Virus record (IMG/VR): IMGVR_UViG_3300048927_000157
Span: 1 to 64,000 of that record
Reading direction: 5' to 3' (one strand)
Length of the DNA: 64,000 bases
Source of the DNA: a virus
Part shown: positions 39,917-48,991 of the stretch, piece by piece
Position numbering within the stretch: position 1 is the first letter of the stretch
How the letters are laid out: every line of letters begins with the position of its first letter
Position numbers and translations under genes: made by a program
The notes under the pieces: generated by a model
The model's input: the letters and a program-made list of their open reading frames with translations, nothing else
The model's database searches: none
What the model was told of the DNA's origin: nothing

Positions 39917-40460
39917 GACTGGTAATGTTTATGGTAAACTAACAGTAGTATCAAGAGCTGACAATGACAAAAATGGATTTGGAAAATGGATATGTAAATG
40001 TGATTGTGGAAATAAGTCTATAGTAGCAGGGATTAATCTGAGAAAAGAAAAAGGAACAAGGTCTTGTGGGTGCTTAAAAAATGAAATAATGTTTACTAAA
40101 AGGAGTGGGAATGCAGTTTTTGGAATCATCCTAAGAAACATTAAAAGTGATTGTAAAAAGAGAAATCTACCTTTTAACATAACCTTAGAGGATGTAAAAG
40201 AGATTACTGTTCAACCTTGTAGTTATTGTAAGAGAGAACCTTATGAATTAAAATGTAGGTATCAAAGACCAGATTCCACTGTAGAGAATGACTGTTTACT
40301 TTTGAATGGTATAGATAGAATCATACCATCAAAAGGTTATACTAAAGGAAATATTACTCCCTGTTGTAAGTACTGTAACAGAGCTAAAAGTGATTTGACT
40401 TTAGATGAATTTAAAAATTTAATCAAATTAATTTATAAAAACTATATTAATGAGACTTAG
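39891..40460 (+). CDS. HNH-type homing endonuclease-like protein
   Basis: CKCDCGN...CGC Cys cluster. C-terminal NGIDRIIPSKGYTKGNITPCCKYCNRAKSD. Confidence 0.6.
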   Translation: MKQRKLIDETGNVYGKLTVVSRADNDKNGFGKWICKCDCGNKSIVAGINLRKEKGTRSCGCLKNEIMFTKRSGNAVFGIILRNIKSDCKKRNLPFNITLEDVKEITVQPCSYCKREPYELKCRYQRPDSTVENDCLLLNGIDRIIPSKGYTKGNITPCCKYCNRAKSDLTLDEFKNLIKLIYKNYINET

Positions 40461-41736
40461 TGTTAGTGAAGATTCACTTAATTACCCTTGTTCAGTTGTA
40501 ACAATTGGACAAGTTTTCGATATAAAAAATGCCGATAACATCAAAAGAGTAGTTCTGTATGGAAACAACGTAATTGTCTCTAAAGACGTTAAACAGGGAG
40601 ACACAATGCTTTACTTTGTAGCAGGTACACAATTGTCAGAGGATCTTTGCTTCAATAACAACCTTTATGATGAGGTCCAGCTTAACAAAGATGTGACAGA
40701 TAAGAAAGGTTACATTTCTGCCAAAAGAAGACTTGTAAAAACTCTTAAACTAAAAGAAACTCTTTCTGATGGAATGTTACTTCCTATTGAAGCTCTAAAC
40801 TACTTAGAGGAGGGTAAACTTGATGCTAAAGGATTCTTGAAAATTGGGGATACATTCACTCACATTGGAGACACTATGATTTGTCAGAAATATGTTCCAC
40901 CAGTTAAGCAATCTGGACTACCAAAAGGTGAGAAGCAGCCTAAAGAAAATAGATTGAAAGATCTACTATTGGATAATCAATTCAGATTCCACTCAGACAC
41001 AGCTCATTTTGCCAGAAATCTGGATAAGTTTGGAGCAGGAACTCAAATTGTTGTGACTAGGAAGTATCATGGGTCTTCATTGATCCTAAGTCATGTGTTA
41101 GTGAAGAAAGAGCTTAACTGGTTTGAGAAATTGATTGACAAGTATATTACTCCACTTCCTAAAACTCAATGGGGGTACATTCACTCATCTGGTAAACCTA
41201 AATCAAGACTGCCTAAAGGGGTGGAAGCTGAGCAGGTTGGATGGACTTCTCACACTCCTAGTTTCTACTCTGCCAATATTTGGAAGAGAGCAATGGAAAT
41301 GCATAAACACAACCTTGAGAAAGGAATCACTATTTATGGTGAAATTGTGGGTCAGGGAGTTCAGGGTGAGGGTTTCACTTATGGTTTCGAGTATGAGATC
41401 TTTGTGTATAGAATCACTTATACCAACCCAGATGGACAGGTTTACGAGTTCTCATGGGAGGCAGTGAAGAGGTACTGTGATAAGTATGGAATCAAGTATG
41501 TTGAAGAGTACTTCTCAGGTAAAGTACATGAAATAGTAGGAAAACAAGGAACTACAGAAGATCTGTTGGAGAGATTAAAGGATGCTTATCTTGATAAATC
41601 CTACCCAGACTGTAAGGTTGATGAGGGAATCTGTATCAGAGTAGCTGAGACGGATGAGATCTTCAAACTAAAATCTCCTAAGTTTATTGATGGGGAATCT
41701 AAGGAATTAGAGCAAGGAATCTCCGATGGAGAATAA
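40450..41736 (+). CDS. RNA ligase (Rnl-family nucleotidyltransferase)
   Basis: Motif I TRKYHGSS (K-x-H-G, as in Rnl2 KIHGTN), motif IV-like DEGICIRV, motif V FKLKSPKF. Confidence 0.7.
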   Translation: MRLSVSEDSLNYPCSVVTIGQVFDIKNADNIKRVVLYGNNVIVSKDVKQGDTMLYFVAGTQLSEDLCFNNNLYDEVQLNKDVTDKKGYISAKRRLVKTLKLKETLSDGMLLPIEALNYLEEGKLDAKGFLKIGDTFTHIGDTMICQKYVPPVKQSGLPKGEKQPKENRLKDLLLDNQFRFHSDTAHFARNLDKFGAGTQIVVTRKYHGSSLILSHVLVKKELNWFEKLIDKYITPLPKTQWGYIHSSGKPKSRLPKGVEAEQVGWTSHTPSFYSANIWKRAMEMHKHNLEKGITIYGEIVGQGVQGEGFTYGFEYEIFVYRITYTNPDGQVYEFSWEAVKRYCDKYGIKYVEEYFSGKVHEIVGKQGTTEDLLERLKDAYLDKSYPDCKVDEGICIRVAETDEIFKLKSPKFIDGESKELEQGISDGE

Positions 41737-41771
41737 TTAACAAAACTTTAACATAAAAGACACCTGTAAAA

Positions 41772-41805
41772 TTTGCAGGTGTCAATTTTTTTACATATAT
41801 TTGCA
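41772..41805 (+). promoter_or_regulatory. phage consensus promoter
   Basis: TTTGCAGGTGTCAATTTTTTTACATATATTTGCA, with upstream AACAAAACTTTAAC. Confidence 0.65.
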
Positions 41806-41823
41806 TCATTAAATTAAAAAAAT

Positions 41824-42516
41824 ATGAAACCAACATCAAAACATTCACAATACGTTGTAATCTGTAAGAGTTCTTACGAAGTAAACACAGTTTTATCATT
41901 CCTGAAAGGAAAAGTAACACATTATGGTAATTGGGTGTATGTCTTCAACTCTGAGAAAAAAGCTGGAGCAACCAGTAAATTAGTCGGGTATCAAAAGAAG
42001 CTGCCAGTGTTAACCTTTGGAGAATGGCAAACATTACCAGATTCAGAACTTGGTACTTTTAAGTTTCCAACAGAAACTGCTCCTTTACAGGAGAAAAACT
42101 TAATGGTACAGCCAAGATTTAAGAAAGTATTTGAAACTCTGGTTGCTGCCGAATTCCCGTTCAAAATCAATCCTGATAGAATCTTCGGAGCCACTGAGCA
42201 GGTTGTTAGAACAATCAACAAATTAGGATTCTCAAGTATCTTCACTGAGATTAGAGCCCCAAGGCTGCCAAGACTACATTTATTCCCTAACATTGACGGG
42301 GTGGTAGAAAAGGCTGAGAACCTTACAGTTTTTAGATACGGAAAGAATCTTCTTAATAGGGGTTGGTTCATTGGCAACTCGGCAGGAGCACCACTGGCAA
42401 TCACTCTTCAAAATGGATTAGTTATCCAAGAAGGAGACATCACACGAATCAGAGAATATCTGAAAGAAGTGTACAACTACGAAACATTAGCATCAACTAA
42501 AATCAATAAAAATTAA
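41824..42516 (+). CDS. hypothetical protein
   Basis: 230-aa ORF. The antisense ORF is discounted. Confidence 0.65.
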   Translation: MKPTSKHSQYVVICKSSYEVNTVLSFLKGKVTHYGNWVYVFNSEKKAGATSKLVGYQKKLPVLTFGEWQTLPDSELGTFKFPTETAPLQEKNLMVQPRFKKVFETLVAAEFPFKINPDRIFGATEQVVRTINKLGFSSIFTEIRAPRLPRLHLFPNIDGVVEKAENLTVFRYGKNLLNRGWFIGNSAGAPLAITLQNGLVIQEGDITRIREYLKEVYNYETLASTKINKN

Positions 42517-42520
42517 TTTT

Positions 42521-42733
42521 ATGGCAATTTACAATCCAATCGAAACACCTGAACAAACAGAACAATGGATCAACTGGCTAGAAAACGTAGCTAAAGATCT
42601 TAACGGAATGGAGCCTAATGGTGAACCTTCCAGAGAAATTCTGAACACGGAGGAAGGAGACCTGCATGAGTTCAAAAACATGGTAGGTAATTTCCTAGCA
42701 ACGTTGAAAAAGCAAATCGTAATCATTCAATAA
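42521..42733 (+). CDS. hypothetical protein
   Basis: Co-directional ORF. Confidence 0.5.
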   Translation: MAIYNPIETPEQTEQWINWLENVAKDLNGMEPNGEPSREILNTEEGDLHEFKNMVGNFLATLKKQIVIIQ

Positions 42734-42750
42734 AACAAGCAACTAAATTT

Positions 42751-43545
42751 ATGAAAAACATATTCAAACTCCTTTTAGGATTAACACTATTTATTAGCAC
42801 AGTATCGTGCAGACAGAACAGACAGCCGTATCATGAGGTGGTTTACAATGCTCAGGGAGAGCAAATGGTTAAAGTCCAGGACTATGACCAGAATGGTAAT
42901 CTGATCGAGTATTACATTGCTTATGCAATGTTCAACCAATTGTATAACAATGGTGGCTACAGATCGGTGAATCATTACTATTATGACAACAGACCTGCTT
43001 TTGATAGAAGCTATGTAAATTATGACAGAGCCTATCAATATGATACTAATCCAAGGCAGACATACCAAGATCAGAATGTAGCTGTTACTGAGCCTCAGAA
43101 ACCAGCTTACAGACCATCTTCACCGAAAACCTCGAATGTAACATATACTGATAGTAAACCAACGAAAGTAACTTACAGACCAAGTAGTCCTACAACTTCA
43201 AGTTATACAACTACAAAACCTGTGACTTATAGACCTTCGTCTCCAACTACTACATCAAGTTATAGACCGAGCAGCCCGTCATCAACAACTTCTTCTTACA
43301 GGTCTTCTTCACCGAGTTCCAGTTACAAGAGCAGCTCTTCATACAGTAGTTCATCATACAGAAGTAGCTCACCAAGTTCTTCAAGTTCAAGTAGCTATAG
43401 AAGTAGTTCACCTTCTTCTTATTCATCTTCATCATCTTCTTCGTATAGGAGTTCTTCACCAAGTTCTTACTCTTCATCAAGTAGTTCTTACAGAAGTTCG
43501 TCTCCAAGCTCTAGTTCAAGCTACAGCTCATCTTCAAGAAGATAA
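42751..43545 (+). CDS. lipoprotein with a long Ser/Pro/Tyr/Arg tandem-repeat tail
   Basis: Lipobox MKNIFKLLLGLTLFISTVSC. C-terminal half consists of YRPSSP / YRSSSPSS(S)n repeats. Confidence 0.7.
   Translation: MKNIFKLLLGLTLFISTVSCRQNRQPYHEVVYNAQGEQMVKVQDYDQNGNLIEYYIAYAMFNQLYNNGGYRSVNHYYYDNRPAFDRSYVNYDRAYQYDTNPRQTYQDQNVAVTEPQKPAYRPSSPKTSNVTYTDSKPTKVTYRPSSPTTSSYTTTKPVTYRPSSPTTTSSYRPSSPSSTTSSYRSSSPSSSYKSSSSYSSSSYRSSSPSSSSSSSYRSSSPSSYSSSSSSSYRSSSPSSYSSSSSSYRSSSPSSSSSYSSSSRR
43108..43545 (+). repeat. coding low-complexity tandem repeats (YR[PS]SSP-Sn)
   Basis: At least 10 iterations of TAYAGR-(C/A)CN-AGY-TCN-CCN followed by Ser codons. Confidence 0.8.
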
Positions 43546-43555
43546 TTATATGGAT

Positions 43556-43641
43556 CAGTGTATAACTCAATGGTAGAGTCTTGCTGGGATGAGTAGAAAT
43601 ACTCGGAGTGAGGTTAGGGGGTTCGATTCCCCCTTACACTA
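43556..43641 (+). ncRNA. tRNA-like gene whose anticodon loop is replaced by a GAAA-capped extension
   Basis: Acceptor (C)AGTGTA/TACACT(A), D arm ACTC-AATGGTA-GAGT, T arm GGGGG-TTCGATT-CCCCC, stem TTGCT/AGTGA enclosing GGGAT-[GAGTA-GAAA-TACTC]-GG. No 7-nt anticodon loop. Confidence 0.4.
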
Positions 43642-43654
43642 CAAATTTTAGAGT

Positions 43655-43861
43655 ATGATTATAAAAATAACTAATTGTACAACAACTACAGGTGGTGGTA
43701 AAGGTACACCACTTAGATGGAGACAAAATCAGAATGTCACTATTGTAATTTCTGATAATAGTGATCCTTATAAATGGGCTAAACCTAACAGAATGTTTAT
43801 TATTCGAGGTAGACCATATTATACCACAAAAGAGTCAAAAAGTATTATAATAAAAAATTAA
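43655..43861 (+). CDS. hypothetical protein
   Basis: Co-directional ORF. Confidence 0.5.
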   Translation: MIIKITNCTTTTGGGKGTPLRWRQNQNVTIVISDNSDPYKWAKPNRMFIIRGRPYYTTKESKSIIIKN

Positions 43862-43864
43862 ATT

Positions 43865-44206
43865 ATGACACATACAATAACTTTAGACACTCCAATGAAT
43901 TTTTTGGAAGCCATGCAGTATCTTGCTGATGGTAAATGTGTGGGAATTAAACCAAAGGGAAACTCTCATTATTTAGTTCCATACAGACCTCATTTTTGGA
44001 ATGCTAAGGATAAAAGAATAGCTTTAGCTTGGTATAGGTCTTACAAAGATGGAACAGTTAGCAACACAATATCTGATGAGTCTTATTTAGGAGAGTGGTT
44101 TCCTGTAGTACTTGATACTAGAAGGTTACCAATAGAAATTAAACACAGCTTATTGCTGGAGAATATTACAGGGGTTTTAGATAATTTAACCTACGAAAAA
44201 AATTAA
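43865..44206 (+). CDS. hypothetical protein (possibly DUF2829-like)
   Basis: MNFLEAMQYLADGKCVGIKPKG... resembles the remembered DUF2829 N-terminus. Weak. Confidence 0.5.
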   Translation: MTHTITLDTPMNFLEAMQYLADGKCVGIKPKGNSHYLVPYRPHFWNAKDKRIALAWYRSYKDGTVSNTISDESYLGEWFPVVLDTRRLPIEIKHSLLLENITGVLDNLTYEKN

Positions 44207-44208
44207 AT

Positions 44209-44394
44209 ATGACAAAGTTAACACTATTTAGAATCACATTAATTGTCACAGTTGTGATGATGATGCTTGGAGGAGCCTTGATGACAGCTAAGACTGTAGG
44301 CTTGGGAATTATATTGGTGGTATTAGGAATTGTAGGATTTATCTGTTCTCCTTTTATCAGTCAATTAGGAAAAGATGACGATAATAAATCTTAA
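44209..44394 (+). CDS. small membrane protein
   Basis: Two hydrophobic helices. Confidence 0.5.
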   Translation: MTKLTLFRITLIVTVVMMMLGGALMTAKTVGLGIILVVLGIVGFICSPFISQLGKDDDNKS

Positions 44395-44398
44395 AATT

Positions 44399-44797
44399 AT
44401 GAAAAAATTACTTTTAATACTGATGATGACACTATCTTTTATTGGGTGTTCTTCATCAAATGACGAACAATTAGTTCAACCTAACAAACAGTACTTTCAC
44501 CCACCAACGTGGATTCAAGGTACTTGGGTTATTTCTGGAACTAACACTCAGTATTTCAAATTCACCTTGGATGACTTCATCCTGATATCACCATATACTA
44601 GCTATACTGAAGTGATGCAGAAAGCAGCAGCCACAGGACAAACAGCCAAAGTTGATGAGCAAATAAGTGAGACAAATTACACATTCTCAATGACAGCAGG
44701 AATATCATATGGGACTTATATCTTCACAAAGATCAGTCCAACAAAGATACAGAGATCTGGGAATGGTTCATCAATTGTTTACTTTGATAAATTATAA
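44399..44797 (+). CDS. lipoprotein
   Basis: MKKLLLILMMTLSFIGCSSS lipobox. Track start trimmed. Confidence 0.6.
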   Translation: MKKLLLILMMTLSFIGCSSSNDEQLVQPNKQYFHPPTWIQGTWVISGTNTQYFKFTLDDFILISPYTSYTEVMQKAAATGQTAKVDEQISETNYTFSMTAGISYGTYIFTKISPTKIQRSGNGSSIVYFDKL

Positions 44798-44803
44798 AAT
44801 TAT

Positions 44804-45169
44804 ATGAGCTTAATTTTCAATCCAGAAGTTAGAAAATGCTTTGCACCATGTGCAGAATCTCTCAGAGGAGAGTGGTGTCAATGCCAAATGCCACGACCTG
44901 TAGAAAATGTTGAGGTAAATAAAGTAAAAACCTTTGAAGAAGTTGCAGAAGCCTTTAAGCAGCAGATGATAAAAGAAAACAAAGACAATGCTGAGAAGGG
45001 AGATATTTTAACATTCACCAACGTAGATCAGGCTTTATTAGAGCTTGAGTATCACAAGTCAAAGTTATACTTTGCATTAAAAGCCCAGAAGCCTGAAAGG
45101 GTTAAGGAGTATCTAGCAGACTGTGCTAACTTCCTTCTTACTATTGGTAATGCCTGGGAATTATATTAA
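44804..45169 (+). CDS. hypothetical protein
   Basis: Co-directional ORF. Confidence 0.55.
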   Translation: MSLIFNPEVRKCFAPCAESLRGEWCQCQMPRPVENVEVNKVKTFEEVAEAFKQQMIKENKDNAEKGDILTFTNVDQALLELEYHKSKLYFALKAQKPERVKEYLADCANFLLTIGNAWELY

Positions 45170-45189
45170 TCAAAATCAAAATTAAAACT

Positions 45190-45585
45190 ATGTTAACACA
45201 CATTTTTTACCTTATAGGAGGGTTCTTAATTATTATGGAACTCAGTGATCTTTTCAACGTCAAAGCAGTAGTCAAAAAGACTGAGGAGTTGGAGAAGTGG
45301 GATATGGATAATCCTGATGTAGATTATGAAAACAAACCTAAGTTCTACATAGATTTCATCCAGTCAAGAACGGTATTCACTTGGACATTCTTACTGTGGG
45401 CTATTTTAGGCTTATTTACGAAGTATTATATGGATTTCATATTCTTCTTCGTCATGACTCTTTTGGTTTATCCTAAGGTCTCTAGTGCACTACATGGAAG
45501 ACCATTCAGATTAATATTCAGTGCTGTGAATTCACTTTTTGTCATTGGATTCATAATGTACGAAATCATAAAACATTATCATTAA
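45190..45585 (+). CDS. integral membrane protein
   Basis: Four predicted hydrophobic segments. Confidence 0.6.
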   Translation: MLTHIFYLIGGFLIIMELSDLFNVKAVVKKTEELEKWDMDNPDVDYENKPKFYIDFIQSRTVFTWTFLLWAILGLFTKYYMDFIFFFVMTLLVYPKVSSALHGRPFRLIFSAVNSLFVIGFIMYEIIKHYH

Positions 45586-46364
45586 TGAAAAATTACAAAT
45601 TATATAAAGTAGGAGGGTGTATCAGAGATGCACTATTGGGAGTCAGAAGTAAGGACATTGATTTTACTTTTGAATTTTCACAAGAGTTTGTGGATTCAAT
45701 CCATAGAAAATCTGATGTTACGGCTGAGTGGTTTTACCATTCAATGAACAACATTCTAAAACAAGATGGATTCGATATCAAGCTTGAAGTTCCAGAAGCC
45801 TTTACTACAAGAGCTTTATTTCCAAAGGATCACAAGTATGCTGGACTAGGAGCAGACTTCGTTCTGGCTAGAAAAGAGACTTACCCTGATCCTGAAACAA
45901 GAATGCCAAAGGTAGAAATTGGCACACTGTTTGATGATCTACAGAGAAGGGATTTTACAGTAAATGCTATTGCTGAAGATGAAGATGGTATTTTGATTGA
46001 CCCATTTGGAGGTCAGGCAGATTTGAAGCAAGGCATTTTGAGATGTCCCATTTCAGCCCAAACCTCTTTCAATGATGATCCTCTAAGAATGTTGAGAGCT
46101 CTTAGATTCTCTATCACAAAGAACTTTACAATGGATTCATCTATTGAGAGAGTGATTCTTAAAGATCAGGAGATGTGGATGAAGTTTTTAAATGTAGTTT
46201 CTGAAGAAAGAATTAGAGATGAAGTTTATAAGATGTTCAAGCATGACACGATAAAGACACTTAGATTACTAAGTGATCTGGAAAAATTGACAGATATTTC
46301 TGTATTAAAATACATATTCGGTGAAAACATGTGGTTGGAGCCGACAACTAAAAAAAGAAAGTAA
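45585..46364 (+). CDS. tRNA nucleotidyltransferase (CCA-adding enzyme / poly(A) polymerase family), short form
   Basis: YKVGGCIRDALLG...KDIDF, RRDFTVNAIA, DPLRMLRALRF. Confidence 0.85.
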   Translation: MKNYKLYKVGGCIRDALLGVRSKDIDFTFEFSQEFVDSIHRKSDVTAEWFYHSMNNILKQDGFDIKLEVPEAFTTRALFPKDHKYAGLGADFVLARKETYPDPETRMPKVEIGTLFDDLQRRDFTVNAIAEDEDGILIDPFGGQADLKQGILRCPISAQTSFNDDPLRMLRALRFSITKNFTMDSSIERVILKDQEMWMKFLNVVSEERIRDEVYKMFKHDTIKTLRLLSDLEKLTDISVLKYIFGENMWLEPTTKKRK

Positions 46365-46576
46365 TGAAAATTTTATCAATTGAGGAAGAAGTACCAAGAC
46401 CAAGTAAGTTGCCTAATGGTAGATATACAGGAACTTGGGGAGGAAATATAATTAAAATCTTCTGGGAAGGAAGAGCTTATAGTCTTACAACAGAAGAAGG
46501 GGTAAGAGGTATAGGATTCAGGGTTGTAGTAACCATTGATGGTGAAAATATGACATTCGAAGAACTTAAAAATTAA
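46364..46576 (+). CDS. hypothetical protein
   Basis: ATGA overlap. Confidence 0.5.
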   Translation: MKILSIEEEVPRPSKLPNGRYTGTWGGNIIKIFWEGRAYSLTTEEGVRGIGFRVVVTIDGENMTFEELKN

Positions 46577-46592
46577 CCTAAATAGAAAATAA

Positions 46593-46814
46593 ATGAACAA
46601 AATTGTCGAAACCATTGTACTAGGTTTAATAGTACTAGTTATTGTAGCATTCTTTGCTTTACTACTGGCATTCCCAACTATGGTGTTGTGGAACTGGTTA
46701 ATGCCTGTGATCTTTGGATTAACCAAGATTACATTCTGGCAAGCTGTAGGGATTAACTTTTTGAGTGGGATTCTGTTTAAAAGCAGCTCCAGCTCAGCTA
46801 AATCTTCTAGCTAA
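46593..46814 (+). CDS. small membrane protein
   Basis: Two to three hydrophobic helices and a Ser-rich tail. Confidence 0.5.
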   Translation: MNKIVETIVLGLIVLVIVAFFALLLAFPTMVLWNWLMPVIFGLTKITFWQAVGINFLSGILFKSSSSSAKSSS

Positions 46815-47515
46815 TGGATAAGAAAACAAGGATTTTCTTGATTGTGATTGGAGCACTACTACTTTGTAGTGCTCTTCTTACCTTGAAGACATGTAGAGAT
46901 GCTGATAAAGTTGCTGAGCAATCAGGACTTATCAATAGTTTGAATGACACAGTGAAGATTTGGAAGGATAAAAACGGTTTAAGCAACACAAAAACATCTG
47001 TTGTTACTACACAAGACCCGAAAGATTTCATCAAACTGAAAAATCAGGATGAGACTATCCAAAAACTTCAAGCTGAAGTAAAAAAATACGAGAAACAACT
47101 TAAAAAAGGAGGTAATGTTACCAACTTTACAAGTGAAACTAAGATATCTACTACTGTTCCGACCAAAGTTGACACAGTTTATACTGTAGAACAGGCTAAA
47201 AAGTTAATATATAGAAGTGAATTCAATAAAGAAGGGTGGGTATTTGGTAATACAGTGGCTACTCCAGACTCTACTACTATCAATATTCATACTAAAGATG
47301 AGTACACTGTAGTGGTAGGATTTGAGAATACTGGCTTCCTAGGACTAGGTAAAGGTACACCATTTAGTTTGGTGAATAATAAAAACCCATATTCTACTAC
47401 TCCTGAGCTTAAAACCTATCAGGTTACTATCCAAAATAAGAAATACACTTGGGTGATGCCTGTAGCAGTAGCTTTAGCTTTGGGGATTATAGGAGGAGTT
47501 TTAATAGCAAAATAA
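46814..47515 (+). CDS. membrane-anchored protein (N- and C-terminal TM segments)
   Basis: IFLIVIGALLLCSALL at the N-terminus, MPVAVALALGIIGGVLIA at the C-terminus, and a coiled-coil segment. Confidence 0.6.
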   Translation: MDKKTRIFLIVIGALLLCSALLTLKTCRDADKVAEQSGLINSLNDTVKIWKDKNGLSNTKTSVVTTQDPKDFIKLKNQDETIQKLQAEVKKYEKQLKKGGNVTNFTSETKISTTVPTKVDTVYTVEQAKKLIYRSEFNKEGWVFGNTVATPDSTTINIHTKDEYTVVVGFENTGFLGLGKGTPFSLVNNKNPYSTTPELKTYQVTIQNKKYTWVMPVAVALALGIIGGVLIAK

Positions 47516-48177
47516 TGGATAACACACTAGAAAACAAAGAGAAGTTTATATCTCAATACTGGGGTCAAGTTTTAATTTCTGATTTAACGAATGGAGGAGT
47601 AAGGACTTTATATCCTATAGGACATAGTAACTTATATAATTTAGATGAGATCTACTTAGAATTGAAACCTATTTCTCAGATGACTCTGAAGGAAGGTCAG
47701 AAATTTTTAGAGGCTTTCTTTAGATTCAATACAAAAAGTGAAGTTGTCAACATTATTGTGATACCTGAAAAATGCTTCATTATTGAGTTTAAATATCCAG
47801 ACAACGAAACTCCTGAAGATGACGAAGGATTTTCTTACAGTTCAGTAACTATTGATGCAGAAAGAACTTCTTATGAACATATTGATTGGTTAAGGTATCA
47901 TGGTTTTGCCGTAACTTGGATGGGATTAGATGTTCCCACACTTTTAAGCTATGGTTGGATCAAACTAAAAGAGCTGCCCAGTTTACGAAAGCATGTTACC
48001 AAAAAGAGAAAGGTTGATGAAAAACCAGAGTATTGTCCTGAGGAAGATGGTGATGGAGATACTTGCAAAGAATGTTCTTTTCTTAGTTCTGAGAGAGTAG
48101 GACACCCAGGAGGTTCCAGTTATCATTCAGTAGACAAATTCACATGTACTCTAGGGTACTGGGAAGATAATTTTTAA
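47515..48177 (+). CDS. hypothetical protein
   Basis: Track ORF trimmed to MDNTLENKEKF... C-terminal Cys cluster CPEEDGDGDTCKEC. Confidence 0.6.
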   Translation: MDNTLENKEKFISQYWGQVLISDLTNGGVRTLYPIGHSNLYNLDEIYLELKPISQMTLKEGQKFLEAFFRFNTKSEVVNIIVIPEKCFIIEFKYPDNETPEDDEGFSYSSVTIDAERTSYEHIDWLRYHGFAVTWMGLDVPTLLSYGWIKLKELPSLRKHVTKKRKVDEKPEYCPEEDGDGDTCKECSFLSSERVGHPGGSSYHSVDKFTCTLGYWEDNF

Positions 48178-48187
48178 ACTAAACATT

Positions 48188-48370
48188 ATGATTTACATTT
48201 TAATTGCACTCGTATGGGTTATGTATGGAGCTATTGCTGCTATACAAGATAAAACTACTGAAGATAGTACTCAAGATGTGATAATATTCAAGTGGTGTGT
48301 AATGATTGTTCTAGCCCCTGCAATTTTTGTAGGCAAATGTTTGTATGGAGCATTTAAAGAATATCATTAA
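48188..48370 (+). CDS. small membrane protein
   Basis: Two hydrophobic helices. Confidence 0.5.
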   Translation: MIYILIALVWVMYGAIAAIQDKTTEDSTQDVIIFKWCVMIVLAPAIFVGKCLYGAFKEYH

Positions 48371-48390
48371 TTTTAACAAAATTTTAACAG

Positions 48391-48419
48391 TGAGATTCTT
48401 GTGAGTCTCATTTTTTTTA
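48391..48419 (+). terminator. rho-independent terminator
   Basis: TGAGA...TCTCA hairpin followed by T8. A -7 element TTATATTTGCA follows at 48420-48431. Confidence 0.65.
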
Positions 48420-48449
48420 TTTATATTTGCACTATCAATAATCGAAACT

Positions 48450-48740
48450 ATGGAAAGACCAAATTTAAAAATAGCAAAGTTTACCAATCCAAACCAAACT
48501 TTCATCACTGAAAGGTATGTGGTAGAGAATGAAGAAGATCTCAAACTCTTACTGGCAGAATTCCCTCAGTTAGATAACAATGCAATGGGAGTAGCTGGCA
48601 ATTGGCAGCAAGCCTTAGATGAAGGTAGAATTCTATTAATCACAGATGAATCTTGGATTGGGTATCCAACTTATCAATTCGAGTCTCCAGTAGGATCAAC
48701 TCATCCAAGTTGTTTAATTAGAGTAACACTTGATACATAA
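48450..48740 (+). CDS. hypothetical protein
   Basis: Co-directional ORF. Confidence 0.55.
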   Translation: MERPNLKIAKFTNPNQTFITERYVVENEEDLKLLLAEFPQLDNNAMGVAGNWQQALDEGRILLITDESWIGYPTYQFESPVGSTHPSCLIRVTLDT

Positions 48741-48991
48741 TGAATCCAAAGGTTAAGAAACTGTACAAAGACACTCTGAAAGATTTGTTATCTCAATGTA
48801 CAGAAGATGAGCAAATGGTTTTTAAGAGAATGTATTCTCACAAAAACTTAGAGTTGGATATCAATACAGTTGTTGACAACATGGATGAGAGTAAGTATGA
48901 TTGGGCTATCACCCAGTGTGAGCAAACTATAGCAAGCAAAAAGAAAGTATTAAGTAAATCTTTAACCAATGACACCAATACAAAAACTTAA
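48740..48991 (+). CDS. hypothetical protein
   Basis: Co-directional ORF. Confidence 0.55.
   Translation: MNPKVKKLYKDTLKDLLSQCTEDEQMVFKRMYSHKNLELDINTVVDNMDESKYDWAITQCEQTIASKKKVLSKSLTNDTNTKT

Noticed and set aside
41135-41467. Alternative-frame ORF inside the RNA ligase gene, and similar nested ORFs (28971, 30807, 50524, 57414, 62248).
   Set aside because: They are fully nested in longer ORFs that carry recognisable motifs or a better gene context.
43250-43507. ORF 43250..43507(-).
   Set aside because: It is the antisense reading of the Ser-codon repeat region of the lipoprotein gene. Repeat-driven open frames are expected on both strands.
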